Below are positions 26,210 through 38,577 of a DNA stretch of 64,000 nucleotides, in pieces (within the stretch, counting starts at the first letter, position 1; every line of letters starts with the position of its first letter). Origin of the DNA: Octopus vulgaris (taxonomy: Eukaryota); contig OX597819.1 of the NCBI GenBank assembly GCA_951406725.2, positions 131,068,001-131,132,000 of the forward strand, written 5' to 3'. The notes under the pieces are model-generated. The model did not search any database. It saw only the letters and a list, made by a program, of their open reading frames with translations, and had not been told where the DNA came from. The translations under genes were made by a program, and so were the position numbers.

Positions 26210-26432
26210 TATTTCTTTATTGCCCACAAGGGGCTAAACACAGAGAGGACAAACAAGGACAGACAAACGGATTAAGTCGATTACATCGACCCCAGTGCGT
26301 AACAGGTACTTAATTTATCGACCCTGAAAGGATGAAAGGCAATGTCGACCTCGGTGGAATTTGAACCCAGAACGTAACGGCAGACGAAATACGGTTACGC
26401 ATTTCACCCGGTGTGCTAACGTTTCTGCCAGC
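26210..26432 (-). mobile_element. SINE family C
   Basis: Similarity to 7336-7567. Confidence 0.85.
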
Positions 26433-26510
26433 TATTAGTTGGTACCATAATGTAGTAGTAGTAGTAGTAATAGTAGTAGTAGTAGTAGTAGTAGTAACAG
26501 CAGCAGCATT

Positions 26511-27690
26511 GGTCGTCCTGGAGAAATCCCTTTGCCAACCCGTTACTAACCCACGCCACCAAACCGCCACAACCTCTGTCCGACAGAGAACTACCAAATC
26601 GAGCTGGAAGGAGAAAGCACGAAGAAACTGGACCACCATATTTGGTACGACACAGCCTGAAACCTCACTTGCACTACTACCACCATGTCGGAGACCACCT
26701 ATTCGAGCTAACCGGAAGAAAGACCGGAGACGTGGCCGATGCGACAGCTAGAAAGGGGGTGGAACGCCTTTGACCTCACAATCTACACAGATGGCTCTGC
26801 ATTTGATGGTAACGCAACTGGTGGTGGAGGCGTCATAGTCACCACTGGCCATCCAAGTGATCCCCAGATTCACCGATCTTTTGCAATCCCTACCGGCAAA
26901 TGGTGCTCCTCCTTCCAATCTGAGCTAAAAGCGACCAAAAAGGCCCTTCAAGAAGTCCTGACAGAAGAAGGTGTCTCGAGAGTGCGAATTGTCAGTGACA
27001 GCCTCTCCACTTTGCAGAAGATTAAAGCAGCTCACCCATCACTACCCACCAAGACTGAAGACGAATGTGAAATCCTCATTCTCCTTTTAAACCTCAGTGA
27101 CAACGGGTGCCAGATAACCTTCGCCTGGCGCCCTAGGCATTGCGGAATCCCTGGCAACGACTTGGCAGACGAGAAGGCAAAAGCCGGCACGGAATGGGAC
27201 CAGTCAACAGCCCACCACCACTATGACGCAGTGAAAGCAGCGATCCACCGGGCACTTAAACCACCTCCCTTCAAACACGAAAGAGTCAAGAAGATCTACG
27301 GCAACCATGGAGATGAAGCGAGCAGTGCCGCTGATTCGTCTCTAACCAGGCAGCAGCAGGTGACACTCAGCCGACTTAGAAGGGGTCATCACCCGGACCT
27401 CAAGTACTGGCTGTACAAGATCGACCGAGCCATAGAAAGAACCTGCAGAAAGTGCAGGATGGGAGAGGAGACGGCGGGGCATGTCATCTACGACTGTCCA
27501 CGGATCCATCGCCTGCCGCAAATGCCAAACCCCCCACCCCAGAAGCTCTGGCCAGTGACCCTCTCCTTGTCCTTCGGATCTGGGAAAAGTGGACTTCCGC
27601 TCCCAACCTGCTAGACGTCTCCCAACCCACAGAACAGACGCAGTGAAATCGCCCTTACCCGTCTTGTTGCTTAACAACAACAACAACAGC
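26511..27690 (+). mobile_element. 5'-truncated I-group (I/Nimb/Ingi-like) LINE: RNase H and C-terminal zinc knuckle
   Basis: TIYTDGS..SSFQSELKA..IVSDSLS..WRPRHCGIPGNDLADEKAK (RNase H DEDD), followed by RLRRGH..CRKC..ETAGHVIYDC. (AAC)n tail. Confidence 0.9.
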
Positions 27691-27703
27691 AGCAGCAGCA
27701 GCT

Positions 27704-27759
<56 letters not shown>

Positions 27760-27855
27760 GGTGGTGGTGGTGGTGGTGGTGGTGGTGGTGGTGATGGTGG
27801 TGGTGGTGGTGGTGGTGGTGGTGGTGGTGGTGGTGGTGGTGGTGGTGGTGGTGGT
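27704..27855. repeat. (TAG)n-(TGG)n microsatellite
   Basis: Direct reading. Confidence 0.95.
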
Positions 27856-28763
27856 CATTATGTTCATATGTTCATAAATCAAAATGGTAACAATTAATGC
27901 AGTTGGTATGACATTTGTAACAACAGCAAGCGAGCAAGTTGATGTGGCAGTCGGTTAGTTACACATCTAGAACAATGTCTGAGCTATTTGACCTAGTTCT
28001 TGCACCATTATATCATACAGCAATGTTTAATCAAATTAAGTGCTAGAGCCCCATGCATTTTGTATTGGTGAAAAGGGCAGCCTGACAGCAGAAACCCAGC
28101 GCTTTTGAATAATAGAAAGGACTTCACTATGGCAACTGAGGAATGGAATTTGGATAATGCCTCTCACTTATCAACTGAGAAATCCCAGAAAGCAAATTGG
28201 TCAGCCAGACAATGGACTTTATGCAGTTAACTCTCAGCATACTTATAATTGTAATAATAAGTAATTATCACCATCATGGAGCATAAACATGTAGCAGCAA
28301 AGAACATGTAGCAGAGCTCCAAACAATGCAAAATGTTTGGCTGTGTTTACATCATTTTGTTATTGAAGTCTTTTTTATGTTCCGAGTTCAAATCTCTTTC
28401 TGGTTTCTATTTTGCTTTTTAGCCTTCCAAAGTCAATAGAATATTGTATGAATCAACTTAGTACATGACTAATTTAATCAACTAATTGTTGATTAAATAA
28501 GGTGTGTACTAAGTTGACCTGCACTCTTCCTTCCAAATTTGACAAATTCATGTTTATTACCAAATTATTATTATTGTTATTATTATTATTATTATTATAA
28601 TTATTATTATTATTTTTGTTGTTGTTATTATTATTATTATTATTATTATCATCATCCTCCTCCTCATCATTATTATTATTATTATTATTATTACTTTTTT
28701 TTTTCTTCTTTCAAATTTGCTTCCATTTCTTGCCGAGTGTCTTCCCGACTCCTAGGGAAGTTC

Positions 28764-28816
<53 letters not shown>

Positions 28817-28819
<3 letters not shown>

Positions 28820-29636
28820 TAGTATATTTTTTATATCGTGCTTTCACTTCACTACCTAACACAGCTCTGTGTGCCTTGGGTATGTGCTGTGATTTGTTGT
28901 GATGCTCTGATGGTTACTGTATTGAAAGTGCTCTGCGTAGGATGTGTGCAGTGCCTAGTAGTGCAATTTTCTGTATGTTATGTGTTTGTAAGTCCTGGTG
29001 TTTTTGTTATGTATTTGTCTGAATATTTTTAATCATGCCTAATGCACCTACTATGATAGGAATTGTTTCTGTTTTTTAGATTCCACATTATTCGAGTTAC
29101 CTCTATTTCCAGGTCTTTGTATTTTGAAAGTTTCTCCATTTCTTTTAGAGACACGTTGTCATCTGCCGGTATTGATACATCAATTAGAAAACATTTTTTT
29201 TCTTCATGATCTCTGACAACTATATCTGGTCTGTTGGCCTTAATATCTCTATCTGTGTGTATTGGCATATCCCAGAGTATGGTTGCTTTCTCGTTTTCTG
29301 TGACCTTTTCTGGTGTGTGCCTATACCATCTTTTTTCTGTTGTTATTCCATAATGTTGGCATAGTTTCCAGTGTATATAGGTCCCAACTCTGTCGTGTCT
29401 GTGAATATATTCCTTCTTAGCCAGGACTGGGCAGCTAGAGATAATATGATTTATTGTTTCTTGTCCATCTCCACATATTCTGCAGTTACTTGTTATATTT
29501 CTTTTCATTACATGTTTTTGGTAATTTCTGGTGGGGAGGCTTTGGTCTTGTGCTGCAATTAAAAATCCCTCTGTCTCTGCTTTGAGTCCTGAGCTTCTCA
29601 ACCATTGTCAGGATTTTTCTTTGTCTATTTCTTTTG

Positions 29637-29638
<2 letters not shown>
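28817..29638 (-). mobile_element. 5'-truncated R4/Dong-clade non-LTR retrotransposon (CCHC and restriction-like endonuclease)
   Basis: ETEGFLIAAQDQ..CRIC..ETINHIISSC..YIHRHD..NRPDIVV..FLIDVSIP..EKLSKYKDL. After a frameshift it ends IALLGTAHILRRALSIQ* (stop 28914-28916). Both ends lie in (TAA)n. Confidence 0.9.
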
Positions 29639-29671
<33 letters not shown>

Positions 29672-29673
<2 letters not shown>

Positions 29674-30229
29674 GAGTGAGAAAGCAGTGCATACCATCAA
29701 AGTGACACTGGGGTAAAATACACAAAGCCCAGTTTATCCATCATGTCTACCCGTCTGATAAAGGTACACCAGGCACATAAATCACAACCATATGTGCGCG
29801 ACATGGTGATCTCATATCAAGATAAACAGTGCATGACCTTGCAGGTGGGACCCAGTTTGAATTTTCTTCAAGTCAAGTAGCCCATCCCACTCAAATGGTC
29901 CCCGAATAAGAGTTGTTTAAGGATGTTGAACGAAACACTCATGTTTCCATAGATGAATTATCCAAACTCCAAAGAATTCCTCCCAACACATGGCTATGAT
30001 GCTCCCCCACCACTTCTGCTCATGATCAGAGATGCACACATCGTCAGCCACTAAGGGACATGCTCAACTGGTTAAGGTCAAACAACTGACAAGCAAATCT
30101 GTGGTATTGAGCAGAATATTTGCTGTAGCCCATCTTTTATACCAAGACAAAACTGTACATGATAACATTTCCAATCAGTTAAGATCAGAAGCCATGACAG
30201 CCACTGTCTGGTACTGTATCAGGGCATTT
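29672..30229. mobile_element. Unclassified insertion of about 560 bp bounded by (TAA)n
   Basis: Non-repetitive block with sharp boundaries inside the same (TAA)n array. No protein motif recognised. Confidence 0.4.
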
Positions 30230-30283
30230 ATTATTATTATTATGATTATTATTATTATTATTATGATTATTATTATTATTATG

Positions 30284-30339
<56 letters not shown>

Positions 30340-31200
30340 GGCAATGAGTGGGCAAAATTGATAGCATTTCATTTATCATTACATTCTGGGTTCAAATTTT
30401 GCTGAGATTGACTTTGGTAATTTTGAGGGGAGAAGGGAGTTGATAATATCAATCCCAGAACTCAACTTGTATTTATTTTGTCATCCCCTGGGGGTCAATG
30501 TCCAGGTGGGGAATATACATGCCATGAACCAGGAAACTGACCCTTATGAGCTGGTATGAGTCCAGAACGTAACTTTACCCATTTTTCTAGGGTTGATAAA
30601 AAAAGTATCATTCAAGTTAAGGGCCAGGAGTAAATCTGTTTGACTGCATCTTTCCCCTCCAGAATCTCTGATCTTGTGCTACTATTTGAAATTATTCCAT
30701 CTCTTATTATAATCGGTCATGAAAGGGCATAGATGGTAGAATTGCTAGGTTGCTGAACAAGATATCTTTAGCTACATCCTATTGCTTTCTGACTTCAAAT
30801 TACTCTGGCATCAATTAAATGAATACTAGTAATTCATTAAAGTCTCTTCAATCAAATACAACTGTCTATAAATTCTGCAATGTTGTCTTAATATTTCCCT
30901 CTAAATTTGGCACAAAACTGGTAATTTTGGGGGGAAAAGGGAGTTGTTAATATCAACCCCAGTGCTCAACTTGTACTTATTTTGTCAATCCTGAAAGGAT
31001 GAATGGCAAAACTGAGCCCCAGCAGCATTTAAAGGGTTAAAAGAAATGCCACAATGCATTCTGTCTGGTGCAGTAGCAATTCTGCTACTGCTGTTGTTGC
31101 CGCAGGTTGTGATTCTGGTGGAAGTGGTTCTGGATGTTGTTGTTGTTGTTGTGGCCAATGTCAGCATCATTTACTCTCAGGTCAACTGGAATTTAAGCAG

Positions 31201-31663
31201 TCATCATCATCACCATCATCGTTTAACATCCACTTTCCATGCTAGCATGGGTTGGACAATTTTGACTGAGGTCTGGTGAACCAGATGGCTGAACCAGGCT
31301 CCAGTCTTGATCTGGCAGTGTTTCTACAGCTGGATGCCCTTCCTAACGCCAACCACTCCGAGAGTGTAGTGGGTGCTTTTACGTGCCACCAGCACAGGGC
31401 CAGTCAGGCGGTACTGGCAATGACCTTGCTCAAATCTTTTACACATGCCACCAGCACAGGTGCCAGTATGGCAATGCTGGTAACGGTCGCGCTTGAATGG
31501 TGTCTTTTACGTGTCACTGGCATGGAGGCCAGATAGCTGTTCTGGCAATGATCATGCTCGGATGGTGCTCTTAATACCCTACTAGCATGGAGCTCGAGTG
31601 CCAGTAAGGCGACGCTGGTAACGATCACGCTCGAATGGTGCTTTTTAAGTGCCACTGGCACAG
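31201..31663 (-). mobile_element. RTE-type 3' tail repeat (family A)
   Basis: As for 5479. Confidence 0.85.
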
Positions 31664-32129
31664 TCATTTGGTTAAAGAATTCCACATAACTACCCCATCT
31701 TTTATTAGATATAATATGCAAGAATCAAATTGTCTCATGTGTCCTTTCTTTTTCTTCAAAACAATAGGGTGTAGCTTGAGGGTAATTTGACAACTATACA
31801 GAGCAAATTGCAAGGGAAAAAGAACCTGCAGGGGTCACATCTGTGATCAGAAAAAGCAGTGAATCCTTCACTATCATCCTTGTTTTAACGTGCACTTTTG
31901 ATGCCTGCATGGGTCAGAAGGGATTTGTTGAGGCAGATTTTCTCCAGCCAGATGATCTTCTCGCCTTTAATCCTCAACTGGATCCAAACAAAGTATTTGT
32001 TCCTCATGGCTAAACGTGTTCTTATAGAAGATTGGAAACAAAAGACACCATTTGTATAATGTTGGATTTTATTTACAACCAATCATACAATTTCTAGACA
32101 AGGAGACACAAACACAAACACACAAACAC

Positions 32130-32581
32130 ACATACATACATACATACATACACACACATACATACATACATACATACATACATACATACATACATACACA
32201 CACACATACATACATACATACATATATACATGAATACATACATACATACATACATACATACACACATACATACATACATACATATATATATACATACATA
32301 CACACATACATAAACACACACACATACACACATACATACATTCATATATACATGAATACATACATGCATACATACATACATACATTCATATATACATACA
32401 TACATACATACATTCATATATACATACATACATGCACACATACATACATACATACATACATACACACATACATACATACATACACACATATACATACATA
32501 CATACACACATACATACACACATACATACATACATACATACATATACACATACACACATACATACATACATACATACATAC
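32130..32581. repeat. (TACA)n microsatellite
   Basis: Direct reading. Confidence 0.95.
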
Positions 32582-32681
32582 TGTATTGTTGATGTTGAAA
32601 TTCCAATGAAGGAGCCTTGGATCTAGGTTAGAAATCTTGGCAAGAAATCTTGAAATAGAAAGGAATAATGACATACATACA

Positions 32682-32713
<32 letters not shown>

Positions 32714-33314
32714 TGTGTGTGTGCGTGTGTGTGGTTGGTTTCTTTCAGTTTCCATCTGCCAAATCCACTTACAAAGCTTTGTCTGGCCCAGAACCACTAT
32801 AGGTGACTCTTGTCCAATGTGCTACACAGTGGGGGGATTGAACCCAAAACCACATGGTTTCAAAGCAAACTTTTTAACCATATTTCACAAATTCATAGGT
32901 ATATAAATTGTATTGAATTATTTTGCTTTTAGTTTTAAATGTATTTTGTCTCATACGGGGTTTTGGAGACTGTATCAAAGGGCAGTTTCAAATTTGAATG
33001 AAAGCAACATTACCCCACCCCTGCTCTCAGTTTATTTTGCATCTTGTGTGCATGCTTTTGTTTGTAGCAGTCTTTGTTACATAATTTTGAAAAAAACTTC
33101 CTGGTAAATGAATTATCTTGCAATTAGAATTTTGACAGGTCATTTAAAGCTGTTATTACGATATGTGGTATGATGTGGTTGGTATTAAAATTGGTGAGGC
33201 AGCTAATTACTTTTTATGGCAGGCATAGGCAACCTTTTCAAGAATTAAGTCACGTAAGACATGACTTGACTCATCATTAGTTGAGTTGCACAACTGAAAA
33301 ATTTCAAAATGTGT

Positions 33315-33645
33315 CTTCATGCCGGTGGCACATAAAAAGCACCATCCGATTGTGGCCGTTGCCAGCCTCGCCTGGCCCCCATGCCGGTGGCACGTAAAAA
33401 GCACCATCCGATCGTGGCCGTTTGCCGGCCTCGCCTGGCACCTGTGCCAGTGGCACATAAAAAGCACCCACTACACTCACGGAGTGGTTGGCGTTAGGAA
33501 GGGCATCCAGCTGTAGAAACTCTGCCAGATCAGACTGGAGCCTGGTGCAGCCTCCTGGCTTCCCAGACCCCAGTTGAACCGTCCAACCCATGCTAGCATG
33601 GAAAGTGGATGCTAAACGAAGATGATGAAGATGATGATGATGATG
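33315..33645 (+). mobile_element. RTE-type 3' tail repeat (family A)
   Basis: Three tandem units, core and (GAT)n tail. Confidence 0.85.
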
Positions 33646-34319
33646 TTGTTCAGTAAGCCTCATGGGGCTGTAGTTTGTCCAGGAATGTTCTATAGTGTTT
33701 CACAGGTATATTGGAATGCAGTGAACTGGTTTATTTGAATACAGATTGGAATGCATTATTTTTCAAAAATGCAATATATAAATATGATATAAATTTCTTT
33801 TGAAAATATTCCAATTTTTCTGTTGTTTTTTACTCCTTTAATTAATAAGAGGATAATTTTTAGATTATTAACCTCATTTTTAGATATAAGAATTTAAAAA
33901 TATCATACTTACATTAGGTTTCCATTGGTTTGATCTTCAAGTGTCATCAAATGTTTTATTCTTTAACATGTGCCTTTTAACAGATTGGATTTGAACTTGG
34001 AATATTTAGTTTCAAACTAAGTATACTTATGTACCTATACAAACAACATGTGATGCATGCAACTAATCAAAAAGAAGTGTCTTCCTCTTCCCATGCCATT
34101 AGGTCAATAAACAATCTGTGATGGCTACAGAATATAAAAACTGAGAGTACAGAACTAGTTTTACCGTTGCCGGTCTTCTGGTGTGTATTTTTTATTAGGT
34201 ACCATCTTGCCCCAGCGAGATACAACTAAGCTTTCCCCCACCTACTTCTGAACTAAACAAAACAAAACAAAAAAAAAAACCAGAATAAACACTATAAAAC
34301 ATTTTGTTCAATGCTTTAG

Positions 34320-34725
34320 GAATTTCCTACCAACAAGATCCAGTCTATGATGTGATGTAGTGGATTGTATACCTGAGAACTATGTCCACAGAGATTGGGC
34401 CTCCCATGCCAGAAAGGTCAATGAATAGAGGCCAGACTTACATGGATCACCCCTTCTTAGAGGTAAATATGGGTTTGTGTAGGGCCAACACTCTTAACTT
34501 TGGAAAAAGTTACAGAAGCATGGATGACAATTCAAAACAAGACCTGGGAGAGGAAGGCACTCCCTTGGGGAAATGTGATGTGAAGCAACAAAACCCGAAA
34601 GAAAGCTGCAAGCAAAAGTAGGAATCCAATTGGCGTGAAGCAGAAACAACAGCTGAGAGAGAAGAGCAGTGGAGAAACATTACTGATTGCCGATGCTCCA
34701 TTAGGAGTGAAGAGCTTAAGGAAGT
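34320..34725 (+). mobile_element. Decayed RTE-clade LINE ORF C-terminus
   Basis: WREAETTAEREEQWRNITDCRCSIRSEELK at about 34631-34720 matches the RTE terminal W..A..R..WR...C pattern. Confidence 0.5.
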
Positions 34726-35280
34726 TGAGCAATTTGATCAGAGCACCACCCTGGGCTGGTACTTTATTTTATTGACACCAGATCGATGAAAGGCAAAACT
34801 GGCCTGAAATGGATTTGTACTCAAACTAAAATGTCAGAAGAAAAATTAGTTTAAAAATTTTGGCACAAGGCCAGTAATGTTTGGGATGTTTAAATCAACT
34901 CCAGTGATCAACTGGTACTTATTTTATCAACCCCAAGATGATGAAAGGCAAGATCGACCCCCAGCAGAATTTGAACTCAGAGCATTAAAGATGGACAAAA
35001 TGTCACAAAGCACACGAATGATTTTGCCAACTCATTTTGCCTTGCTAGCCAGAAGAAATATTGTCGAATGTTCTGTTTCACCAATCAACTGTCCTGAACT
35101 GCCACTTTGTTTTATTGACCCTGATGGATGAAATCAATAATTAATCATGTCAGGAATTGAACTCAAGACATAAAGAGCTGCAATAAGTACTGCAAGGCAT
35201 TTTATCTGACATTCTAACAATTTTGTCAATCAGCTGCCTTAAAACTAGAGTAGATGTAAAGTATTAAATAAATGTTTTTC

Positions 35281-36346
35281 TCATCATTTAACGTCCGTTT
35301 TCCATGCTAGCACGAGTTGGACGGTTTGACCGGAGTCTAGGAAGCCAGGAGGCTGCACCAGGCTTCAGTCTGATCTGGCAGTGTTTCTACAGCTGGATGC
35401 CCTTCCTAACGCCAACCACTCCGTGAGTGTAGTGGGTGCTTTTTATGTGCCACCGGCACAGATGCCAGGCGAGGCTGACATCAGCCACGTTCGGATGGTG
35501 CTTTTTACGTGCCACCGGCACAGGTATCACAACTACAATTTCCATTTGATATTTATTTCGATGTTCATCTATAGAGATAATGTTAATAATCTGGAAAAAT
35601 GATAATCTTGTTAACAACTCATCTCAGATAATTAGATATTTAATCTTTGTTTAGTTGCTTGATGTTGAATTTTATTTCTCTAGTGTATAGATTTGGTGTT
35701 TGTTTTTTGTTTTTATTAGGTTGTTTATCATTTCAGTCAAATAGTTTAGATTATGTTTTTCTTAAGATTGCTTTGGGTGATATTTGAGATGCATGCACAA
35801 TTATTCTGTAGTATTTGTGTTGATGTTTGTAATGTTATTTAATTTTGTAAATTGTTTTATTGTCTCTTAGGGAAAATTATTCTACTAGTCTTATTTGAAG
35901 TACCCAAAAGTTTTTTTCATTTGTATTATACATCATCATCATCATCATCATCATCATCATTTAGCATCTGCTTTCCATGCTAGCATGGGTTGGATGGTTC
36001 AACTTGGGTCTGTGAAGCCAGAAGGCTGCATCAGGCCCAGTCTGATCTGGCAGCGTTTCTACGGCTGGATGCCCTTCCTAATGCCAACCACTCCGTGAGT
36101 GTAGTGGGTGCTTTTTACGTGCCACCCGCACAGGTGCCAGACGGAGCTGGCAAACGGCCTCGGACGGATGGTGCTTTTTACGTGCCACCGGCACGGGGGC
36201 CAGGCGAGGCTGGCAACGGCCACGAACGGATGGTGCTTTTTACGTGCCACTGGCACGGAGGCCAGTTGGGGCGGCACTGGCAATGGCCACGATCGGATGG
36301 TTCGCTTACTTGTCACCGGCACTGGTATCACAGCTGCAATTTCCAT
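35281..36346 (-). mobile_element. Two RTE-type 3' tail copies (35281-35565 and 35931-36346)
   Basis: Core and tandem units. Both extend into the upstream GGAAATTG..GTGATACC segment. Confidence 0.85.
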
Positions 36347-36638
36347 TAATGAATATCTCTGTTGTGATGATGAGGTGTAGATGGCCAGAGGAGAGTTACA
36401 GAATTGTTTCCATGTGGCTGAAGTAACTAAACGTGTGAAATGGAAGGTGATGCCTGGAGCGGAATTGTAGTTAGCGTGGTGAGGTGTGTGAGGGTGTTGG
36501 TGCCGTTCGTTATGTAAAGAGAGTTTGTTTTTGATGATGTTGAGTCTCTTATTATTTGTATTTCTTTTGTACCAGGATATGTTGGGCAGACAGAGCAAAC
36601 ACCAAGAACTGTTTTAAGATTTAATTGCTGTGATATGT

Positions 36639-37297
36639 AGTCTAACGGTGTGATTGATAAGATTGATAGTCTAACGGTGTAATTGATAAGATTGATAGTC
36701 TAACAGTGTGATTGATAAGATTGATAGTCTAATGGTGTGATTGATAAGATTGATAGTCTAATGGTGTGATTGATAAGATTGATAGTCTAACGGTGTGATT
36801 GATACGATTGATAGTCTAATGGTGTGATTGATAAGATTAATAGTCTAATGGTGTGATTGATAAGATTGATAGTCTAACGGTGTGATTGATAAGATTGATA
36901 GTCTAATGGTATGATTGATAAGATTGACAGTCTAATGGTGTGATTGATAAGATTGATAGTCTAACGGTGTGATTGATAAGATTGATAGTCTAATGGTGTG
37001 ATTGATAAGATTGATAGTCTAATGGTGTGATTGATAAGATTGATAGTCTAACGGTGTGATTGATACGATTGATAGTCTAATGGTGTGATTGATACGATTG
37101 ATAGTCTAATGGTGTGATTGATAAGATTAATAGTCTAACGGTGTGATTGATAAGATTGATAGTCTAATGGTGTGATTGATAAGATTGACAGGCTAATGGT
37201 GTGATTGATAAGATTGACAGTCTAACGGTGTGATTGATATGATTGATAGTCTAACGGTGTGATTGATAAGATTGATAGTCTAATGGTGTGATTGATA
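36639..37297. repeat. 29-bp minisatellite AGTCTAAYGGTGTGATTGATAAGATTGAT, about 23 copies
   Basis: Period 29 (units at 36842, 36871, 36900). Confidence 0.95.
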
Positions 37298-37436
37298 GTG
37301 TTAAGTGTATGTTTATTATGTCATTGTTATTGATTGATCCTTGATCAGTTCTGATAAAGCAAAAATATGATCAAAAGTATTTCAGTTGTGAACAACTTAT
37401 CTTTTCACAGTTATTTAGGACTACGTTATCTAATGT

Positions 37437-37692
37437 GGAAGTGCATGGCTTAGTGGTTAGGGTGTCAGCACCATGATCGTAAGATTGTGGTTTCGATTCC
37501 TGGACCGGGCAACGCGTTGTGTTCTTGAGCAAAATACTTCATTTCACGTTGCTCCAGTCCACTCAGCTGGCAAAAATGAATAATGCTTTGATGGACTGGC
37601 ATCCCGTCCAGCTTGGGAACACATACGCCATGGAAACCGGGAAACTGGGCCCATGAACCTGGATAGGCTTTAAAAGGGCACATTTTATTTTA
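37437..37692 (+). mobile_element. tRNA-derived SINE family D
   Basis: A box TGGCTTAGTGG, B box GGTTTCGATTCC, body GATGGACTGGCATCCCGTCCAG, T-rich tail. Confidence 0.8.
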
Positions 37693-38577
37693 CATTATCT
37701 AATATACTATTATACATTATCTAATATAAAGATAATAAGGTGTGTATAATATGAGGGGAATTTAGCTGTTATTTCCAGTAGGCTGAGCAAGCAGGTAGAG
37801 TCTCCCCCATTGATTCATTAGTACTGATGTTAGAGTGTTTTATTTGCTGTTCTTTATTTTGTTTAATTACATTTCTGGTATGTTCTGATTCCCAATTAAC
37901 ATTTAAATGTCATGAGTGAGTTATAAGGCCTCAACAGCAGTTTATCCTACCCTACATTCTAGGGATGGGGGGTAATCTGAGATATGAGGATTTCTACGTT
38001 GGGATTATAATTTTATTTTTTATAACACTACCAAGTGAATGTTACAATTGTCGTTGTTTAACCCCGAGACACCTGAGCCAGCAGACTTATGATAGAAAGT
38101 GCTTCGGTCATGATCATCCTGTCTTTTTTTTGCATTTTAGGGGATACATTCTCCAATGTATTTTTTCAAAAGACAGCAGAATATGATTTAAGGGAAATTT
38201 GGCTGCTATGTCAAGTCAGCTGAGTGAATGCATAGAGGCTTGTCTGGTGGTCATAGAGGCTCATCCAATCGCCATTAGTGTGACTATTGTGTACTGATGA
38301 AGATGATTTAATAGTTATTGTTGTAGTAGTTAAGTGGTTCAGTGACAGAGATGCTAGGGTGTCGGATAGAAGGCCCAGCACCGTTGTTCCACCTCTCTAA
38401 GTTCAAATTCCACAAAGATCAGCTTTGGATTTTTTTTAGCATTTTGGGATCAATAAAGAAAGAAGCAGTCCAGTACTGGGTCAATTCTCTCTCTCTCTCT
38501 CTCTTCCTCCTTATCTCTCTCCTTCCCTTCTTCTCTCTCTCTCTTTCTCCACCTTCTTCCTCTTGTTTTCTATCTAG

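Noticed and set aside
31276-31536. Recurrent short ORF DLAVFLQLDALPNANHS in many places
   Set aside because: Antisense translation of the family A repeat core, with inconsistent starts and stops between copies.
34382-34462. Possible host exon MSTEIGPP..HPFLE with a GT donor
   Set aside because: Lies within a decayed RTE C-terminal remnant and has no host-protein similarity that I recognise.
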